Virus record (IMG/VR): IMGVR_UViG_3300009432_001268
Span: 1-64,000 of that record
Reading direction: 5' to 3' (one strand)
Source: a virus
DNA: 64,000 nt
In this document: piece by piece, positions 17,159-26,980 of the stretch
How positions within the stretch are numbered: the first letter of the stretch is position 1
Layout of the letters: the number at the start of each line of letters is the position of its first letter
Program-made: the position numbers and the translations under genes
The notes under the pieces: model-generated
Databases searched by the model: none
The model's input: only the letters and a program-made list of their open reading frames with translations
What the model was told of the DNA's origin: nothing

Positions 17159-18211
17159 TCAGGGGGAAAAAGCCCGTTTTTTTGCAATTTCAAGGTCATT
17201 ATTTACCATCCTTTTCACCAAATCTTGGAAAGAAAACTTGGGTTTCCACCCAAGTTCCTCTCGGATGGGGTTGGAGTCACCGTAGAGTAGGTCAACTTCA
17301 GCGGGGCGATAAAACTCCTCATTAATCTCCGCTAAAATTTTATTTTCTTGAAAAACTCTAAATTTTTCATCTCTGCCTTCACCGCTCCATAAGCCCGCTA
17401 TTCCCGCTTCTTGAAAAGCTAAGGAAACAAATTCTTTTACACTATGAGTTTCGTTGCTGGATAATACGTATTCCTTTGGTTCTTTTTGGTTGAGCATCAG
17501 CCAAACAGCCCTAACAAAATCCTCCGAGTCAGACCAATCTCGTCTTGAATTTATGTTTCCGAGCTGAAGTGGCGTGAAGTCTTCGCCCGTATCCAAAGCG
17601 TATTTAATTTGGGCGACCCCTTTAGTAATCTTTCTGGTGACGAACTCTTCTCCACGGCGAAGCCCTTCGTGATTAAAGAGGATACTGTGGATAGCGAACA
17701 TATCGTAAGATTCCCTGTAAACTTTCACCAAGTGGCGTGAGGCCGCTTTTGAGGCTCCGTATGGGCTTCTAGCTTTGATCGGGTGGTTAATGTCCTGAGG
17801 GCTGTAGTCTACGTCCCCAAATTCTTCAGAGCTTCCGGCGCTGTAAAAGCGACACTCGGGCTTAAACTTCCTTATGGCCTCCAAGGATCGGATTACCCCC
17901 AAGGTGTTAACATCAAAAACCTGCAGGGGCATATCCCAACTACATCCCACGAAGGAATTGGCCCCAAAATTAATAAAATAATCGGGTTGAGTTTCTTTCA
18001 CGACCTTGTCGATCGAAACATCGTCAGTTAAGTCGCCGTAAACCAAGCTGAAGCTGGGGTGATTTTCAAAAGCTTCAATATTGCTTTTATTGACATTGGA
18101 GGTTCGACGCATCATTCCTACTATCTCCATGTTGCCTTCGAGCGACAATAGGTATTCGGCCATGTTAGCTCCATCTTGACCGAGGATTCCTGTTATTAGT
18201 ACTTTTTTCAT
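17159..18211 (-). CDS. gmd: GDP-mannose 4,6-dehydratase
   Basis: LITGILGQDG, GDLTD, SSEEFG, SPYGASK, FNHE, FVTRKIT, RDW, RPAEVDLL.GD. Confidence 0.95.
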   Translation of the reverse strand: MKKVLITGILGQDGANMAEYLLSLEGNMEIVGMMRRTSNVNKSNIEAFENHPSFSLVYGDLTDDVSIDKVVKETQPDYFINFGANSFVGCSWDMPLQVFDVNTLGVIRSLEAIRKFKPECRFYSAGSSEEFGDVDYSPQDINHPIKARSPYGASKAASRHLVKVYRESYDMFAIHSILFNHEGLRRGEEFVTRKITKGVAQIKYALDTGEDFTPLQLGNINSRRDWSDSEDFVRAVWLMLNQKEPKEYVLSSNETHSVKEFVSLAFQEAGIAGLWSGEGRDEKFRVFQENKILAEINEEFYRPAEVDLLYGDSNPIREELGWKPKFSFQDLVKRMVNNDLEIAKKRAFSP

Positions 18212-18861
18212 GTTTTTAATTTTGCTGTAATAACCTTGTCGTGTAAGGAGATTATATTGTGGGTTTCGGAAATAAAAGCTACCATCTTATGAAATTTTGC
18301 TTCTTCACCATGAATTTCCATGCAAATAAATTTGAAAATAGAGATGTCTTGGTTTAGCAAAAAATCATGTTCCGCCCCTTCAACATCGCACTTTAACAAT
18401 TGTATAGGAATCTTGCAGGACTCACAAAAATATTTTTTCCTTACGTCTTCCACTGAAATAGTAGGTACATCAGCTATCTTGTCTTTTTCTATATGGCTGT
18501 GGGAGAGGTATATAGAGCAATCTCCGGAACGTTTATCTGTGTGGTCATAAATAGGAACGGTCATGCCCCCTGTTTTGTAGCAGGCTTTGTTCTCTACGGA
18601 ATAAAAATCTCTTAAATCATAGCCAGAAGGGGGAGCGTTGAGGTTATAAAAATCAAGTGCTTCCTTCATTAATTTTATATTTTTGGGGTTCGCTTCATAA
18701 CAAACATATTTATCAAACCTGCAATTAAAAACCAAAGGAAACGCTCCTACGTTACTACCACAATCTATTACGACGCCTCCTTTACAATCAGCGGGGAGGC
18801 CGTAACTCTGGCTTACTTCGGAAGTTATAAACTCAAGCCAATCTTTGTCTTTTTGTTCCAT
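18208..18861 (-). CDS. FkbM-family methyltransferase
   Basis: VIDCGSNVG, YEAN, LLKCDVEGAE, MEIH. Confidence 0.8.
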   Translation of the reverse strand: MEQKDKDWLEFITSEVSQSYGLPADCKGGVVIDCGSNVGAFPLVFNCRFDKYVCYEANPKNIKLMKEALDFYNLNAPPSGYDLRDFYSVENKACYKTGGMTVPIYDHTDKRSGDCSIYLSHSHIEKDKIADVPTISVEDVRKKYFCESCKIPIQLLKCDVEGAEHDFLLNQDISIFKFICMEIHGEEAKFHKMVAFISETHNIISLHDKVITAKLKT

Positions 18862-19277
18862 ATATCTGTGTAGTCTGTACAAACCGCAAAACAATCATAT
18901 TTGTTTCCCCAATCAGCATCTTTATGTACGATAACTGACTTGTCTACGACTTCCTCGCCGGGAAACGTCCAGATATATCCCTTCGAGGTTACTGTGAATT
19001 TGTCAGTTTCGTGCCAAAAGCAATGTAGGTTATTGTGAAGCATGCTCTCCAAGGCTTCTAAGTTTTTGGCGTGGCACCACAACTTATCATTTTTTAAAAA
19101 CTCTACTCCTATTTCGTATCTGGGCTCATCGTGACCGAGAAAGAACTTGCCGTTAATTTTCCATACATCTATTTCGCAGTCAAGCCCGGAGCTTAGGACT
19201 TTCGTCACCTGCTCCGGAACGTTTTCAATATCTTCGTCGGGCCCTCGTAAATTTCCCCTGTGAGATATCGTTGTCAT
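18825..19277 (-). CDS. minimal glycerophosphodiester-phosphodiesterase/PLC-like protein
   Basis: ISHRG...EN...EIDVW...LGHD, C-terminal CTD. Confidence 0.65.
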   Translation of the reverse strand: MTTISHRGNLRGPDEDIENVPEQVTKVLSSGLDCEIDVWKINGKFFLGHDEPRYEIGVEFLKNDKLWCHAKNLEALESMLHNNLHCFWHETDKFTVTSKGYIWTFPGEEVVDKSVIVHKDADWGNKYDCFAVCTDYTDIWNKKTKIGLSL

Positions 19278-20635
19278 TTATTATAGTTCTCAATATAACA
19301 CCTTAGATCTTCGGGGGTTCCTAGTCCCCACATTTTATCTATATTGAATATTGCTACTTGTTTATTGTCGTCTACCGCTTCGTTAAAAACAGGGCAAACA
19401 TAGAATTCGTTGTTGGTTCTAATATTTTTTTCTATCATTTGTTCGGCGTATTTGACGTATTCACTACCCTTCTTCCAGTAATATATACCAACAGTCGCGC
19501 AGTCGGATATCGGTTTCTTTTCCGCGACCTCCGTTACCCTCCCTTGTTCGTTTACTTTTGCGTAAGACCATTTGGGATGAGTTGAGGTGAAGGTTAGGAT
19601 GCCTCCATCTAGATCCTGCTCTTGCATCTTGTATAAAAATTTGCTCGAAGACCATTCAACAAATTGGTCAGAGTTTGCCATTAGTAGGGGCTTATCATTG
19701 TTTATATATTCCTTAGCGAGTAGCGTGGTGCAAGCCGCTCCCTCCGTCATGGTGTCAACTTCTACGATGGTGCAGTTGGGAGCTATTAAGTTCAAGACCG
19801 AGTCAAGGTTGTATTTCTCCTTGTGTTTTTTCTGCACGATGAATATGTAATTCGCTTCTACCCCCAGATTGTCCACGACAGTTTGGATCATGGGCTTTCC
19901 GTTAACTTCTATTAAGGGTTTTGGAAAAACGTATCCCGCTTTTTCAAAGCGACTACCTGCTCCAGCCATGGGGATCAAAACGTTGAGGTTCTCGTCTTTC
20001 CACTTAGGGTTAGTTGTTTCTTCTGTAGTCATACAGTTTATTATTTTAGATAATGTTAAATCTGAGGAATCCTTAACCCGACAAACTTTTGCGCCGCTTC
20101 TTTGCGCCGCTAAAAGACCGTTGGGAGAGTCCTCAATTATTATAGTGTCTTCCGGGTCAGTTTTCAAAGCGGACATCGCTTTCCAGTACATCTCCGGATG
20201 GGGTTTGGGATTTTTAACATCTTCATTTGATGCTAAATAATCAAAATAAGAAATAATGTTCAGTTTAGAGAGTATTTTGTAAACTGTTTTTCTTATTGCG
20301 TTGGAGCAGCAAGCGATCAGGAAATTTTCTTCCTCTAGGTGTTTGAATATCTGAATCAGTTTTTCGTTTTCTACAATTTTGTCTAACTCGTTGTTTGTTA
20401 TTTGCTGTTTTCGCGTCCAAATTCTTTCGTGCTTTGATGTAGGGAGATTCTTTGCCTCAGATAACATCTTAAGTTTTTCTTTAGTACTTAACCCGTCGTA
20501 GGTAGATATATGTTCCGATTCCGTAATGACATAGCCCTCCCCCTCTTCTCTTAAGGCCTTGTTCAAGGCTTCGTAGTGAGTGTCCTTCGTGTCAATGAGA
20601 ACCCCGTCAAGGTCGAATATAATTAGTTTTTTCAA
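19274..20635 (-). CDS. HAD phosphatase fused to sugar-nucleotidyltransferase
   Basis: FDLDGVL, KPHPE, IEDS; then IPMAGAGSRF...PKPLI, EKK, GLGTPEDL. Confidence 0.9.
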   Translation of the reverse strand: MKKLIIFDLDGVLIDTKDTHYEALNKALREEGEGYVITESEHISTYDGLSTKEKLKMLSEAKNLPTSKHERIWTRKQQITNNELDKIVENEKLIQIFKHLEEENFLIACCSNAIRKTVYKILSKLNIISYFDYLASNEDVKNPKPHPEMYWKAMSALKTDPEDTIIIEDSPNGLLAAQRSGAKVCRVKDSSDLTLSKIINCMTTEETTNPKWKDENLNVLIPMAGAGSRFEKAGYVFPKPLIEVNGKPMIQTVVDNLGVEANYIFIVQKKHKEKYNLDSVLNLIAPNCTIVEVDTMTEGAACTTLLAKEYINNDKPLLMANSDQFVEWSSSKFLYKMQEQDLDGGILTFTSTHPKWSYAKVNEQGRVTEVAEKKPISDCATVGIYYWKKGSEYVKYAEQMIEKNIRTNNEFYVCPVFNEAVDDNKQVAIFNIDKMWGLGTPEDLRCYIENYNK

Positions 20636-21351
20636 GCTGTGCCTCTTTCGTTAAAATCGATTCCATACTCACCACAAAGTGTCTTTATTTCAGTTGGGTA
20701 TTCATTATAGGTCCATTTCCCTTTGTAAATCATGTTACCGTGAGGGTAAGCCACTGACTCCCAGTGGGCCAAGCCTCTTTTCCTCTCCTCTTCAAATGAA
20801 GACATGTAACATTTGTTATGAACAAAATTAGTAAAAATAGAATATATTTTAGATTCAAAGTCCCAAATATTAGTTGGGGCGCAAGAACTGAACACGTCTA
20901 AAAGTTTGGATGCTTTACATAGGGTCGGTTGGATAGTAAAGGAGTATTGCTTAGGGCATGGGGAAAGGTCGGGGTGAACATCGGAAACTGGAAAGTCAAA
21001 ATCTCCCGGTGTATCCATACATTTTAACAGTTTTATAAAATCCGCTTTGTCGTTTTTAATTAAATCGCAATATTCCTCTAAGGTATTATATAGCGGGGTG
21101 TCGTAAAGAATCATGTCCTCGTGAGTGAAGAGTATTATTTCATCTCCCAATGGTAATAGGGCGTTCTTTATCCGGCTTGAGTACTCCAACTTTTGATCAT
21201 AGTATGATGTTTCGTACGGTGTCAAAAAGTCATCTTCGCAATTGGCTAATACTTTTTTAGAATGCTTCGGGAAGTACTTATCCAACCGCCCAAAAAAAGC
21301 AGGCCATATATCTTTGCAATCAGTGTGGGTGTGTATAAAAAAGCTAAACAT
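20632..21351 (-). CDS. putative GT-A fold glycosyltransferase
   Basis: HTD..DIW, ILFTHEDM, WDFE; context in the glycan island. Confidence 0.45.
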   Translation of the reverse strand: MFSFFIHTHTDCKDIWPAFFGRLDKYFPKHSKKVLANCEDDFLTPYETSYYDQKLEYSSRIKNALLPLGDEIILFTHEDMILYDTPLYNTLEEYCDLIKNDKADFIKLLKCMDTPGDFDFPVSDVHPDLSPCPKQYSFTIQPTLCKASKLLDVFSSCAPTNIWDFESKIYSIFTNFVHNKCYMSSFEEERKRGLAHWESVAYPHGNMIYKGKWTYNEYPTEIKTLCGEYGIDFNERGTA

Positions 21352-21365
21352 TACTATTAGTTTTG

Positions 21366-22451
21366 TTAAGTTAAAAAAGATACTCCGCTATTGATGTTAT
21401 TAAGCTGTTGCTTTATCTCTTCCGAGTAGGGTCCCATCTCGCACAGTACTATAGGGTTTTCGTCTCCCTCTATTACTGATAAAGGCTCAATCATTAAATC
21501 AGTGCCATAAAGTTTTTTTCCGTGCTTGTCTTTTGCGTTGTCAAGAATAGATACTACCATCTTTGGGTCTAATTTCAATGAAATTAGAAGTTGGGCGGGA
21601 AAATGGGCTCCGTACAGATAAAACTTTTGGGAAAGTTTATTGAGTTTTTTCACAATATTTTTGTAGTGGCCCAAGGTGTTAGTCAGGTCTTGAGTCAGGT
21701 TATTTGACTTGGATTTCTTTATTTCAAAAAAAACTGAATGATTTTTAAAATTTAAGACTTGCTCGACTTGGAATCCGCTTTTATCGAAAAGAAGAAAAGC
21801 CCTATTTTTATCGCAAAAAAAAGTGTGTTCAAAATGTAGCCCCAATGGTGGCATTAATTTATTTTTGTTTATGTATTCAAAATTAGGGATAGAGATAAAA
21901 ATAGAACCATTGTCTTTCAAGCATTTCCTTAGCTCTTTTAGCGTATCGACTGGTTCGTACAGGTGTTCAAAAACATGAGACATTATGATAGTGTCTACTT
22001 TTTTGTTTTTAAAATGTTTTGAAAACCCTTCTCCCACGAAGCCGTCAATGTAAGTAACGTTTTTAGGTAAAGTCAAAGATGGGTCAATGTTTGGTTGGGC
22101 CACGGTCCAGCTTTTCGATTTAAGTAAAACTTTTTTTAATTTAAAAGACGGATCTCCTATCTCTAAGGCGTTATTTGGCTCGACAGAAGATAGTATAAAA
22201 TCTGCAAATTTTAAATAATGACCCTTCCATAAAGGACCAACTATGCTTATGTTATGGTTTTCATCATATATTTTTTCCAACCCCACTAAATTTAGAAGCT
22301 GTATTCCTTTACATTTTTGGCACACTCCATAAACTAAGTCCTCAAAAGAAAATTTTTCTTTGTTTGTCGCCCCCATATAGATTGGAAATTGGGGGATACT
22401 CTCTATGAGGTCTAAAGACCCACTACCGCAAAAAACACAAATACTTCTCAT
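21366..22451 (-). CDS. class I SAM methyltransferase (NDP-sugar C-methyltransferase-like)
   Basis: N-terminal CVFC...CQKC, LEIG, HVFEHL, SIPN, EH, C-terminal YGA...LDN..K.GK. Confidence 0.75.
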   Translation of the reverse strand: MRSICVFCGSGSLDLIESIPQFPIYMGATNKEKFSFEDLVYGVCQKCKGIQLLNLVGLEKIYDENHNISIVGPLWKGHYLKFADFILSSVEPNNALEIGDPSFKLKKVLLKSKSWTVAQPNIDPSLTLPKNVTYIDGFVGEGFSKHFKNKKVDTIIMSHVFEHLYEPVDTLKELRKCLKDNGSIFISIPNFEYINKNKLMPPLGLHFEHTFFCDKNRAFLLFDKSGFQVEQVLNFKNHSVFFEIKKSKSNNLTQDLTNTLGHYKNIVKKLNKLSQKFYLYGAHFPAQLLISLKLDPKMVVSILDNAKDKHGKKLYGTDLMIEPLSVIEGDENPIVLCEMGPYSEEIKQQLNNINSGVSFLT

Positions 22452-23314
22452 GGGTTACCTATTTTAAAATCGTTTTTGAGCATAGAGGAGGTTTTGTAGT
22501 AAAGGCCCACGTCTTTCATGAACCATTTTGCGCAATGGTGTGTGCTGATAGCCGTCCATCTAGGGTATTTGACTAAATTGCTGCTTCTTTCGCTAATAGG
22601 CTTTAGCGATTCGTTGGAGAATTCATCAAAAGCGTTACTGTCAAACCATCCGCTCTCTAGAGCTCTAGAGTAGTCGCTTTCCTTTTTAAAATATTCAAAA
22701 CACTTATCGTACCACGTTGAGATTAAATCTATATTATTAGAGTTGGAGTACCACCAGTGGTCGGCGTATCCCGCATTAAACTGGTACCAGAAAGGGGTGT
22801 GCACCTGCTCCATGGATGCAGAGGGGTTGAAGATAACGTCAGTGGGATAACACCCGGCTGGTTGGTAGTACTCTTTGCCGCGAGTCCCCAAGTCGAATCT
22901 TCCGAGAAAGACCGCGTCGTACAAAAAGCCGTTCTTCTTTTCGAATTGTTTTTTTATTTTTACCGCTTCTTTTCTAGAGTAAAGATAGCTCAAAATAATT
23001 TCCAGTTTGCACTCTTTGTACATTGTTTTTTCTCTTTCGAAGCCTTTATTGTACCAGTCTTCGTCCATTAGCGACAGCTCGCGAGAAAAGTCTTTTTGCT
23101 TTTCGACCTTGATCACCTTAATCCATTCCCCGTAAGTTTTTTTTATCTTTTTTTCGTTTTCTATGTCCCAAGAGTGAATAAAAATGTCTACTTCTCCGTT
23201 GAGTTTATCGATAATCTGCTCTTTAACGTGGAGAAAAGCTTTTTCAGCCGCTACGGTGGTGGCGGTGTCTGATCGGCTAGAAAAATAACCGTTAAATAGT
23301 AATGCCGTTTTCAT
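22448..23314 (-). CDS. putative glycosyltransferase-like protein
   Basis: MKTALL.G, DIFIHSW, YD.V...RFD pattern seen in glycan clusters. Confidence 0.45.
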   Translation of the reverse strand: MKTALLFNGYFSSRSDTATTVAAEKAFLHVKEQIIDKLNGEVDIFIHSWDIENEKKIKKTYGEWIKVIKVEKQKDFSRELSLMDEDWYNKGFEREKTMYKECKLEIILSYLYSRKEAVKIKKQFEKKNGFLYDAVFLGRFDLGTRGKEYYQPAGCYPTDVIFNPSASMEQVHTPFWYQFNAGYADHWWYSNSNNIDLISTWYDKCFEYFKKESDYSRALESGWFDSNAFDEFSNESLKPISERSSNLVKYPRWTAISTHHCAKWFMKDVGLYYKTSSMLKNDFKIGNP

Positions 23315-23913
23315 TTAAACAAATTAAAAGTTCTTAAGTCTCTGTAAGGGGGGTCTTCAACTTGGTCTTCCGCGTGTTCTGGGTAAGCCATTAGGAGAGT
23401 TAGCCCTCTGGCGGCTTGTTCTGGTGTCATGTACATATTCCAACCGCCGTCTCCTAGGTGGTCGTCTTGAAAGGGAACGCCTATGGTGCGGCCTTCGTAC
23501 CTCAACTGCCTTATGGTTTCTGTAGCTCTTTTGTCGTCCGTAAGAATCATGCCTCCTTTTCCTATTTTTAAGGGCTTTTTATGGTGGAAGGACAGGCACA
23601 TGTAGGAGCCGGGAACATACATCCCTGACGTTAACCTCTTAGCGGCGTCGTAAATGGGAAAAGGTTTAAGCTGGTAAATTCCGCTCCATTCAATATCTTC
23701 AAATTCTACCTTTGCTCCGGCTTGTAGTATCGATTGAGGAGGGGAGATATAAGTACGAGCGGGAATTGTTATTGTCGAACCTTGTACTTGTAAATATTTA
23801 CAACAAAGAAATATGGCGTCGGTGCAACTATCGCAAGCAATAGCATAAGGAGCGCCGGTATATTCAGCGACTGCTTCCTCGAACCATTCAACTATTTCAA
23901 AGGGGTTTCTCAT
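23311..23913 (-). CDS. short DegT/DnrJ/EryC1/StrS PLP-dependent aminotransferase
   Basis: FE..VAEY, SCT.A, DAA, SFHHKK, GKGGMI. Confidence 0.85.
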   Translation of the reverse strand: MRNPFEIVEWFEEAVAEYTGAPYAIACDSCTDAIFLCCKYLQVQGSTITIPARTYISPPQSILQAGAKVEFEDIEWSGIYQLKPFPIYDAAKRLTSGMYVPGSYMCLSFHHKKPLKIGKGGMILTDDKRATETIRQLRYEGRTIGVPFQDDHLGDGGWNMYMTPEQAARGLTLLMAYPEHAEDQVEDPPYRDLRTFNLFK

Positions 23914-24284
23914 CTTTCCAAAACATAATACTTCTTCTTAAAGCCAGAACTTTCAAATAATTTTAAACTGGCTTCGTTATCTAACTTAATCTTAGCGAAA
24001 GCCTCCGGGTGCTTTTCCATAAAACTTTCCACCATGAGTTTAGCGACCCCTCTTCTTTGATATTCTTTTCTTGTACCGAGCCTTATATCGTTTTCCACAT
24101 GCCCAATAAATCCTATAACCTTTCTCATGTGAGTACAGATTAAATAATTTTTAAAATGATGGGTCATATATTTGAAATGATCCTCGGGGGGGATAATGTC
24201 AGAATTGCCAAAACCTTCTCGGTTTTCGTTGCGAATTTCTAAAATGTCATCCCAGTGACAGGTTTCGCACTTTATTATTTCCAT
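23910..24284 (-). CDS. GNAT N-acetyltransferase (PseH-like)
   Basis: IRN, YQRRGVA, NEASLKLFESSGF. Confidence 0.8.
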   Translation of the reverse strand: MEIIKCETCHWDDILEIRNENREGFGNSDIIPPEDHFKYMTHHFKNYLICTHMRKVIGFIGHVENDIRLGTRKEYQRRGVAKLMVESFMEKHPEAFAKIKLDNEASLKLFESSGFKKKYYVLER

Positions 24285-25084
24285 ACGTCCTCCTCGTGAA
24301 GGACAGGGTGGTCAGAGTTGCCCCAGTGAGCTAGTAGGTATGTTCTGCTAGATTTCCACCCTTCTAACTGAAGGAGAGGCCCCAGCGAAGACCCTATGTC
24401 CATGTACTGGTTGTCGCCGTGATCTTTAAAGAGGTCGTAGCATAAAAAGTTGCTAAGTGTGGCGGCAGAAAAAAGGAATAAATGATTAGAAATATCATTT
24501 TCTTTTGTCCACTCACTAATCTCTTTAGGCAAATCAAAATTGTTTACCATGCAGTTGCTGCCGATTGGAAAGAACTTCTTTACTTTAAAAGGTAATTTGT
24601 CCAGTTTAGAGTTCTCATTGGCCACCAAAACTATATCTTTACCCTCGAACAAAGGAAGCATTTCTTTAATAAAACGAGAATAGTTTCCATTTATCATTAC
24701 GTTACAAAAAGATAGACTTCCCCAGTCGTCCGGGCCGTACAATTCCGTACAAAATTTCCAAGATTGTCCGCCATCCAAACTGTTCTGTCCCGGAATGCCT
24801 TTTATATAATTCTTTTTCTTAAATTTGAAAGCTTCTATGAGCTTTTCGTGCTCTCTTTTATTGAGGGAAGGGATAAAGCTTTTTTGTTCCTCGGGCATGT
24901 AGCTGTTAGCGTAAACTTTTTGGTCGCCGTGAATATCTCCTTGGATGAAGTGATCTTCAGCGAGAACAACAGTCTTGTTTCTCAGCACCGTAACCTCTCC
25001 GTCTGAGAAGCGAGAAAAAGCAAAAGGGGTTCTATCCTTGACGAGGGCTAGAATTCTGTCAAATTCTTCTTTATAATTCTTCAT
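24275..25084 (-). CDS. GT-D fold (DUF1792-like) glycosyltransferase
   Basis: FAFSRFSDGE, DIGS. Confidence 0.6.
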   Translation of the reverse strand: MKNYKEEFDRILALVKDRTPFAFSRFSDGEVTVLRNKTVVLAEDHFIQGDIHGDQKVYANSYMPEEQKSFIPSLNKREHEKLIEAFKFKKKNYIKGIPGQNSLDGGQSWKFCTELYGPDDWGSLSFCNVMINGNYSRFIKEMLPLFEGKDIVLVANENSKLDKLPFKVKKFFPIGSNCMVNNFDLPKEISEWTKENDISNHLFLFSAATLSNFLCYDLFKDHGDNQYMDIGSSLGPLLQLEGWKSSRTYLLAHWGNSDHPVLHEEDVWK

Positions 25085-25979
25085 CTACAAAGTCTAGGTT
25101 GAGTCCTCCAATGTGTCGTGGCATCCATCCTGTAACTTGGGTTATTTTGGAGGTATCCACTGAGTAGCGAACGTCTTGCCCCCAACGATCCTCTACGTGC
25201 TGGATCTCTGCGTCAGTCTTGTTAAATTTTTTTATTATAGTCTGCACTACTTCCTTGTTTGTAAAATGATTATTAGCTGCGATATTAAAGCAATCATTTG
25301 TAATCCCTTTTTCTATGATGCTCATTATACCGTCAACATTATCCTTTACATAAGTCCAATCCCTTACGTAAGAGCCATCCCCATGGAGGGGTATTTTACT
25401 GCCGTCTTTCAGGCAAGAAATGGCTTTAGCTACGAGCTTCTCTTCATACTGTCTGCTGCCGTAGTTATTGCCGCTTCGGCTTACCACGTACTCGATCCCG
25501 TAAGTTCGGTGGTAAGAGTTTATTAGCATCTCCGAACAGGCTTTGGTCGCTGAATAGGGGTTGCTCGGGTTAAGTTTATCATTTTCTTTGAAGGCTCCCT
25601 CGGTTATGTCACCGTAAACTTCGTCCGTGCTGATGTGAAAAAAGAGAGGGCGTTTATATTTCGGCTTGGTTCTTATGAGCTCCAGTAGGTTGTGTACACC
25701 TATAACGTTTGACTCTATAAAAGGAGCGCAGTTCGTTATGGAGTTATCCACGTGGCTTTCTGCTGCAAAATTAACAACTATATCGCAAGTGGGAAGGTGC
25801 CTTATGTTGGCAATGTTACCATGCGTTAACGTATAGTTTTTATCTTTATCCCAAGGAAGCGATCGGTGAGAAGCGTATCCCATCTTGTCTATGTCATAAA
25901 CGCGCCACCCTTTTTCTAGGGCGCTCTCGACAAAATGGCTTCCTATAAAGCCTCTGCCGCCTGTTACTGTAACTTTCAT
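25071..25979 (-). CDS. rfbB: dTDP-glucose 4,6-dehydratase
   Basis: VTGGRGFIGS, FAAESHVDNSI, HISTDEVYG, PYSATK, NNYG, DR.G.D.RY. Confidence 0.93.
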   Translation of the reverse strand: MKVTVTGGRGFIGSHFVESALEKGWRVYDIDKMGYASHRSLPWDKDKNYTLTHGNIANIRHLPTCDIVVNFAAESHVDNSITNCAPFIESNVIGVHNLLELIRTKPKYKRPLFFHISTDEVYGDITEGAFKENDKLNPSNPYSATKACSEMLINSYHRTYGIEYVVSRSGNNYGSRQYEEKLVAKAISCLKDGSKIPLHGDGSYVRDWTYVKDNVDGIMSIIEKGITNDCFNIAANNHFTNKEVVQTIIKKFNKTDAEIQHVEDRWGQDVRYSVDTSKITQVTGWMPRHIGGLNLDFVDEEL

Positions 25980-26980
25980 AGCAGTTGTAATATTTTCTCC
26001 GCTGCTTTGCCGTCTCCAAAAGGGCACTCTCCTTCTGGGGTAAAGTCTTCTTTTACTTTATTAAAGAGATTGGGAAGCTCCCCAACTGATTTACATAGAT
26101 AAGTGAAAGTTCCTAACGCTTCGGGCCTTTCAGTAGTCTCCCTACAAACAATAACTTTCTTCTTCAAGAACGATGCTTCTTCTTGAAGGCCCCCGCTATC
26201 CGTGATCAAAAAACGGCAAGCAGTTATTCTTTTTATGAATTCTTTATGGGGAAGAGGTTGTATGGCTCTAACATTACTTAGCGGTTTCTTGAATGTCCCT
26301 TTGGAGTCCGGGTTGGGGTGAGATATAAAAACAAAATTTAAAGTGGGGTTCTCGGAGGCTATCTCTTCTATTTGCTGATACCAGAAAGGTATCAGTTTGT
26401 GGTTTTCTCTCCGGTGAAGGGTTATTAGAATGTCGTTATTGTAACTAACGTCAGCCGTTGTTAGGTGGTCGAGAACAGTATTTCCTACCACATGCATTTC
26501 TCCTTTAACGTTTTCGTTTATAAGGTTTGTTTTGTTTGCTTCGGTGGCGCATAAGTGTACGTCAGTTAGGCGAGAAATACTTTGTCTGTAAGTCTCCTCG
26601 GGGTATGGGTGCCTCTTGTCATGGGTTCTCAGTCCTGCTTCGAGATGAATTACCCCTAACCCTTTGTTGAATGCAGTCAAAGCGCAAGCAAAGGCTGACG
26701 CCGTGTCTCCTTGAACCATTACGTGAGTGAAGCCGTCTTCTAAAATTTGATCGAAAGCATAAGACCCAGTTATAAAAGAGAAAATTGAATTTAGTCTGTT
26801 GGGGGAGCAGTTATTAATTTCGAGGGAGTAATTAGGTTTTAAGCCTCCGTCTAGTAGGTCTGTATGCTGCCCCGTGCACAAGGAAGATATATTGTGGTAC
26901 TGCACCAGACAGTTCTTTAAAATTGGTGAAATCTTAATGAGCTCAGGCCGAGTTCCGTAGCAAATTAATATTTTTTTCAT
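25976..26980 (-). CDS. wecB: UDP-N-acetylglucosamine 2-epimerase (non-hydrolysing)
   Basis: GTRPE.IK, TGQH, VQGDT, HLEAGLRT, PEE, HRREN, TDSGGLQEEA, TERPE. Confidence 0.95.
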   Translation of the reverse strand: MKKILICYGTRPELIKISPILKNCLVQYHNISSLCTGQHTDLLDGGLKPNYSLEINNCSPNRLNSIFSFITGSYAFDQILEDGFTHVMVQGDTASAFACALTAFNKGLGVIHLEAGLRTHDKRHPYPEETYRQSISRLTDVHLCATEANKTNLINENVKGEMHVVGNTVLDHLTTADVSYNNDILITLHRRENHKLIPFWYQQIEEIASENPTLNFVFISHPNPDSKGTFKKPLSNVRAIQPLPHKEFIKRITACRFLITDSGGLQEEASFLKKKVIVCRETTERPEALGTFTYLCKSVGELPNLFNKVKEDFTPEGECPFGDGKAAEKILQLL

